Shown here piece after piece: positions 55,744 through 59,770 of a stretch of 59,770 bases of DNA. A model generated the notes under the pieces. The model worked only from the letters and a program-made list of their open reading frames with translations, did not search any database and was not told where the DNA came from. The stretch's first letter is position 1. Every line of letters starts with the position of its first letter. This stretch comes from Candidatus Hydrogenedentales bacterium (lineage in GTDB: Bacteria > Hydrogenedentota > Hydrogenedentia > Hydrogenedentales > CAITNO01): contig JBHEKP010000286.1 in assembly GCA_041859375.1 (NCBI GenBank), forward strand, positions 1 through 59,770, read 5' to 3'. The translations under genes and the position numbers were made by a program.

Positions 55744-57570
55744 TTATTTTGACGGATTTTCCGCCGCCAAGTAGGCCGCCCGGCCGCCATGGGGCACCAG
55801 GGGCGGCGAAACCTGTCCGTGCCATTTGGGCCACAGGAAATCGTCCATGATCTCGCGCTTGTAAAAACCCTCGGTGGGGGTTTCCAGCAGCGGTGTCTCC
55901 TCTATCTCCATCCGGGTGAGGGCCCGGTAGCAGGCCTGGTGGGCGTAGGCCTGTTCCATGGGGACCATTTTGCCTCCGCGCCCCGGGGTGGGCGATTCAG
56001 GAGCAGTGGCCGCCTCGGCACTGCCGGGTTTCGCGCCCCAGCGCAGCTCGGGCGGATGGTTGGGGTCAAAGGAAAGATCATACAGGCGCGCCTCCACATC
56101 AAGCAGCGTGATGCGCTGTTTTGCGCCCCTGCTGTCGGTGTATTCAACGGGAACGGCGCTGAAAATCCTGTGCTTTTCCAGCATGACCGCCCAAGCCAGA
56201 TCAGAATGGTTCCAGACGGCGTGATAATTGATTCCATCAAGGCCGGGCAGGTCCGGTTTCACATCGTACCATTGAATCTGCGCGTCAAGGGTGTCCACCA
56301 TGTCGAAATAGCGGGCGCGGAATTCGGCATCGTCGAGGGCTGTGGATAATTGCCCCCAGCGCCCCCTGTCCTTGTGGATGTTGCGTGCGGCGCTCTCACC
56401 GGGGAACTGGACCGGCCCGTTCTTTTGCACGTCGGCCCACGCGGCCTGCACGGCCTCCCCGCGCTTTGCAAGGAGTGTTTGCGCCTCAGTGGCGAATGTG
56501 CGCATCACCGCCGCGAGATTCACCGGAATGTCCGCGCGGAGCCGGTGCCGGATGAACTGGTGAATGCTGCCGAGTTCCATGCCGTCCTCGGCAATCTTTC
56601 CGGTTTTGGCCAGTTCCGCCATCTTGTCGTATTGTTCGGTGCTGAATCCGAATTCCGCCATTTCCGCATCGGTTCTGCGCCGGACGCGCTTCACCTTTCC
56701 CTTGTCGTCCGTTTCCGCAATGGGCCAGCGGAACGTGCGGAAGCCCCTGAAGCATCCGGCGTACTCATTTCCGCCACCGTCCGTCTGTTTGGGCGTGAGG
56801 CCGGTGACGGCGTTCAGCCCGTTGTACACGTAAAGATCACGGGTCGGCGAGGTGGTGGCGTCCAGAAAGCGCACCCCCCCGTCTGTGTCCACACGGGCAA
56901 GCACCAGCACGTGTCCGTCCAGATAGTAGACGCAGCCGGGGATGAGGTGCTCCCGGTCTATGGCGACGGGGCAGGTGTCGCTGATCTCCGAGTTTTTGGA
57001 GAAGGGCTCCACCCGGAGGTTGCCCGTGCAGGTGCCGGTGACGGCGTCGCAGAAAAACTGGTGCGCCGAGGCGTAGTCAAAGGAGCTCACCGTGCCGCCG
57101 GGTATGGTGGCGGGGGCGGTGCGCACGTCGGTGCCGTCAACGGCGCGCACATGGCTGATCATGAAGGGCAGTCCGCGCCGGCAGGAATAGTACGCGCCCA
57201 GGGAAACCATGAGTTTTTGGCAGTCCACAATGCCGTGCATGGAGCGGATGGAATCCATCCCTATCTGGGGGTTGCAGGGCTCACCCGCGAATGCGGGGTC
57301 CAGCAGCAGGTTCATGTCCGGATCGGTGAGCACCTGCTCAAGCTTGGCGAGGCGCTGTTCCCGGCTCCCGTTGAGTTTCCGATCGTATATGCGCCCAATC
57401 CACGCGGCGAAATGGCGTGTTTCCGGCACGGTCCACTGGCGGTGCAGCGGCCATGCGCCGCGGGTGGAACTGATGGATGCGGGATTGGGGTCCTCCCCCG
57501 AGGCGGTTCCGCCGAACAGGGCCGCGAGCCCAAAGCCCAAGGCAGCCAAACAAATCCCACGAACGCGCAT
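55744..57570 (-). CDS. Exported protein of an unrecognised family, paralog 1 (conserved Cys/His/Asp pattern)
   Basis: 608 aa with a signal peptide. Shares long blocks with the upstream paralog: WP..RQWTVPET.H, VLTDP.MNLLLDPAF, DC.K, YLDGH, PIAETD, EFGFSTEQYD and LYDLSFDPNHPPELRWGA. Confidence 0.75.
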   Translation of the reverse strand: MRVRGICLAALGFGLAALFGGTASGEDPNPASISSTRGAWPLHRQWTVPETRHFAAWIGRIYDRKLNGSREQRLAKLEQVLTDPDMNLLLDPAFAGEPCNPQIGMDSIRSMHGIVDCQKLMVSLGAYYSCRRGLPFMISHVRAVDGTDVRTAPATIPGGTVSSFDYASAHQFFCDAVTGTCTGNLRVEPFSKNSEISDTCPVAIDREHLIPGCVYYLDGHVLVLARVDTDGGVRFLDATTSPTRDLYVYNGLNAVTGLTPKQTDGGGNEYAGCFRGFRTFRWPIAETDDKGKVKRVRRRTDAEMAEFGFSTEQYDKMAELAKTGKIAEDGMELGSIHQFIRHRLRADIPVNLAAVMRTFATEAQTLLAKRGEAVQAAWADVQKNGPVQFPGESAARNIHKDRGRWGQLSTALDDAEFRARYFDMVDTLDAQIQWYDVKPDLPGLDGINYHAVWNHSDLAWAVMLEKHRIFSAVPVEYTDSRGAKQRITLLDVEARLYDLSFDPNHPPELRWGAKPGSAEAATAPESPTPGRGGKMVPMEQAYAHQACYRALTRMEIEETPLLETPTEGFYKREIMDDFLWPKWHGQVSPPLVPHGGRAAYLAAENPSK

Positions 57571-57597
57571 CGGCGACTCCTTGCGGGTTGGGTTGTC

Positions 57598-59379
57598 CTA
57601 CAAAAGCGGATCCGTGAAATAGGACCATTTGCCCACCTGCGCGTCCAGCCTGTCACGGACGGGGTATCCCGAGGTGAACATGCCGCGCAGGTAGCTTGTG
57701 GTGGTCTCCCGCTGGCACAGGGAACGGTAAAACGCCTGGAGACGGAAGGCCTCCTCCATGGGCATCCGCGTGCCGTCCGGCAGGGGCGTGAACGTCTGGG
57801 GGGCGCCCAGGCGCTCCGGACTGTCCGGCGGCGCGCCCCAGCGCAGTTCCGGCGGATGGTTGGGATCGAAGGAGAGGTCGTAGAGGCGTTTTTCGATATC
57901 GGCGAGGGTCAGGGTGACCTTCTCCCCCTTTGAGGTGGTGTACACCATCGACTTGATCGGGAAAATCCGGTTCTTTTCGGCAATCAGCGCCGCCGCCAGA
58001 TCGGCCTGGCTGCGGATGGTGTACTTCTCAAGTCCGGTGAGATCAACAAAGGAGGGCTTCATTCCGAACATGCGGATGACGTATTCCATCCAGTCCGCCA
58101 GGTAAAAGTACTTGTTGCGGCGGTCCACATCGGAGGACGGGGAACTCCAGGTTTCCCAGCGGCCCCTGGCTTGAAAAATGTTGTCCTCATCCTGATCCTC
58201 GGGATAGACAACCCCGCCGTTGCGGCGCACGTCGGCCCATGCGTCCTGGACGAACTTTTCACGTTCGACAAAGGCGGCGAGCAGCTCCTCGCAGTAGGGT
58301 TCAATGAATTTGGCGGGTGCGACCCGGTCCACCGTTTTCATGCGCAGGCGGATCAGATCGTGCAGGCTCTGCGGCTTCAGGCCCGCCTCCTCGATATGCT
58401 GTGTCTGGGATATTTCACGGACCACGTCGTACTGTTCCGTGCTGAATCCGAATTCGCGCATTTCCTCGTCGGTGCGTCGGCGCACCTTCGTAATATTGCC
58501 GCGCCCGTCCGTTTCGGCGATGGGATACCTGGGCACGCGCAGGCCCTGGAAGCAGCCCATCCACTCGTTTTCAGGGTCGCTGCCGCGCGGGGTGATTCCG
58601 CCCACGGCGTTCATTCCGTTGTACGTGAAAATGTCGCGGGTGTTGGTGGTGCTGCAGTTCAGGAAGTACAGCTCGCCGTACTCCGTCACCTTCGCCAGCA
58701 TCAGACAGTGGCCGTCCAGGTAGTTCATGCACCCCGGAAGCAGGCTGGCACGGTTCAGGGCCACGGGGACCGTGTCCGACTGGCCGGCGTTCTTGTCGTT
58801 CAGGTTCACCCGGTAATTGCCCGAGATGAACACGCCCACCGCCTCGTTGAAAAAGGCGGACAGGGACGGGCTGGTGAAACTGTTCACGCCGCCCGCGGGC
58901 GTGTTGAACGCCGAAATGCGCACATCAACACCCCGCTGTCCGGAAATCACCATGGTGGTCATCCAGGGAAGTGCGCGGCGGTAGGCGTAGTAGGCGGGCA
59001 TGAACGCCGTGAACTTGCCACAGTCCATGTAACTGTTCATGGTGCGGATGAGCCCGGCGGACATCTGCGGGTTGCCCCCCTCCCCCAGAAACGCGGGATC
59101 AAGAAGCAGGTTCATTTCCGGGTCGGTGAGCACGCGCTCCAGCTTTGCCGTCCGCTGCTCAACCGTTCCCTTTGTCTTCATGTCGAAAATGCGCTCGACC
59201 CATTTCGCGTAGTGCTGGGTTTCGGGCACGGTCCATTGCCTGCGTATGGGCCACGCGCCCCCGCCCCGGATGCTCGGCGGGTTGGGATCCTGCGCTGCCG
59301 CAATGACAGACACGCCCAGCAGAAATAAGAAGACCAGGATATTGGGGGAAAGACTGGTATAAAACCGTATTTTTGTCAT
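57598..59379 (-). CDS. Exported protein of an unrecognised family, paralog 2
   Basis: 593 aa with signal MTKIRFYTSLSPNILVFLFLLGVSVIAAAQ. Collinear with paralog 1 at an offset of about 1800 nt. Confidence 0.75.
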   Translation of the reverse strand: MTKIRFYTSLSPNILVFLFLLGVSVIAAAQDPNPPSIRGGGAWPIRRQWTVPETQHYAKWVERIFDMKTKGTVEQRTAKLERVLTDPEMNLLLDPAFLGEGGNPQMSAGLIRTMNSYMDCGKFTAFMPAYYAYRRALPWMTTMVISGQRGVDVRISAFNTPAGGVNSFTSPSLSAFFNEAVGVFISGNYRVNLNDKNAGQSDTVPVALNRASLLPGCMNYLDGHCLMLAKVTEYGELYFLNCSTTNTRDIFTYNGMNAVGGITPRGSDPENEWMGCFQGLRVPRYPIAETDGRGNITKVRRRTDEEMREFGFSTEQYDVVREISQTQHIEEAGLKPQSLHDLIRLRMKTVDRVAPAKFIEPYCEELLAAFVEREKFVQDAWADVRRNGGVVYPEDQDEDNIFQARGRWETWSSPSSDVDRRNKYFYLADWMEYVIRMFGMKPSFVDLTGLEKYTIRSQADLAAALIAEKNRIFPIKSMVYTTSKGEKVTLTLADIEKRLYDLSFDPNHPPELRWGAPPDSPERLGAPQTFTPLPDGTRMPMEEAFRLQAFYRSLCQRETTTSYLRGMFTSGYPVRDRLDAQVGKWSYFTDPLL

Positions 59380-59456
59380 GCCTGCACCTGCGTGTTGAAT
59401 TCAAGGCGCGTATTTTAGAGGTTTGTTGGGTGATGGGGCAAGGCGGGCAAAAAAAA

Positions 59457-59510
59457 TGGCGCGCCCAGCAGGGCTCGAACCTGCGGCCTCTTGCTCCGGA
59501 GAAGTGCAAG
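59457..59510 (-). other. tRNA-derived 3' fragment (anticodon-stem-like, T-arm, acceptor 3' strand, G discriminator, CCA); not a complete tRNA
   Basis: Minus strand reads CUUGC-ACUUCUCCGGA-GCAAG-AGGCC-GCAGG-UUCGAGC-CCUGC-UGGGCGC-G-CCA and is followed by U8 (59449..59456). No matching 5' acceptor strand (GCGCCCA) or D-arm lies upstream. The loop between the CUUGC and GCAAG strands is 11 nt. Confidence 0.55.
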
Positions 59511-59550
59511 CAAATCTTACCGTGCGGCTTTTTGTCTCTTGACGTGTTTT

Positions 59551-59579
59551 ATATAACACTGATTGTCTTTATTTGTCAA
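59551..59579 (-). promoter_or_regulatory. Candidate promoter reading toward the tRNA-like fragment
   Basis: Minus strand has a perfect TTGACA (59579..59574), a 17-nt spacer and TTATAT (59556..59551). An 18-nt spacer would give TATATA instead. Confidence 0.3.
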
Positions 59580-59673
59580 TGTTTTTTTGTGTTACCTGTG
59601 TACGGTACACACCCCCCCCGCATTGAATAGGATGCATTTTGGCCACAAAGCTATCATCACTGCATCGGATATT

Positions 59674-59770
59674 GGCGCGGCACCGGGGGCCGGGGTGGCC
59701 ACTCAGGGTGTGGGCGCGGCACCGGGGGCCGGGGTGGCCACTCAGGGTGTGGGCGCGGAACCGGGGGCCG
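59674..59770. repeat. 39-bp tandem repeat, at least 2.5 copies, running off the right edge
   Basis: The unit GGCGCGGCACCGGGGGCCGGGGTGGCCACTCAGGGTGTG starts at 59674, 59713 and 59752. The third copy has one change (GGA for GGC). On the + strand it is in frame as GAAPGAGVATQGV. Confidence 0.85.

Noticed and set aside
59457-59770. tmRNA (ssrA) whose 3' end would be the tRNA-like module
   Set aside because: The upstream 300 nt contain no tag-like reading frame ending in Ala-Ala-stop, no GGGG 5' acceptor and no pseudoknot-like segments. They consist instead of an AT-rich stretch and a 39-bp tandem repeat.
59674-59770. CRISPR array
   Set aside because: The repeats are directly adjacent with no spacers, the unit is in frame (39 nt), and no cas genes are nearby.

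Overview
GC-rich bacterial chromosomal segment, tightly packed, with 36 protein-coding genes I can support; one of them is interrupted by an in-frame stop. There are no rRNA genes, no complete tRNA, no CRISPR array, and no transposase or integrase. All family calls come from motifs read in the translations, because no database search was possible. Left third (1-20.9 kb), housekeeping and repair: a YprA/MrfA-like DEAD-box helicase with a DUF1998 Cys cluster plus a YprB/MrfB-like exonuclease that is missing from the ORF track because it runs off the left edge; a start/stop-overlapping lon-engB-membrane protein-cca operon; a hybrid histidine kinase; an operon-like + strand run (XPB-N-terminal-like protein, membrane protein, exported helical protein, LarA-like protein, ruvAB); and a histidine phosphatase. 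Middle (21-42 kb), exported and glycan-type functions: two Gfo/Idh/MocA oxidoreductase plus xylose-isomerase-like TIM-barrel pairs flanking a sulfatase with an in-frame TAG; an atypical orphan receiver divergent from a secreted six-EF-hand protein; a 988-aa secreted protein of unknown function; a beta-propeller protein with two CXXCH motifs; a 1449-aa surface protein with eight exactly phased 234-nt Ig-like repeats, an (EG)18E tract and a Cys/Gly/TM/RR C-terminal tail; a helical-domain plus alpha/beta-hydrolase fusion; and a ROK kinase. Right third (42-59.8 kb): a small low-GC islet (unknown protein plus GNAT), tamB-tamA, ygiQ, then five exported proteins on the minus strand ending in two tandem paralogs of an unrecognised family with a conserved Cys/His pattern. 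The right edge carries a tRNA-Arg-like 3' fragment with CCA and a U8 run, an AT-rich stretch, and a 39-bp tandem repeat that runs off the window. The gene content (sulfatase, Gfo/Idh/MocA, TIM barrels, DUF4838-like, PD40/CXXCH) suggests a PVC-type or related glycan-degrading lineage, but that is inference only. I found no convincing multi-gene defence-type system. The best candidates for undescribed biology are the tandem Cys/His paralog pair with its exported neighbours, the surface protein with its acidic tract and C-terminal sorting-like tail, the EF-hand/receiver pair, and the tRNA-fragment/repeat junction at the right edge.
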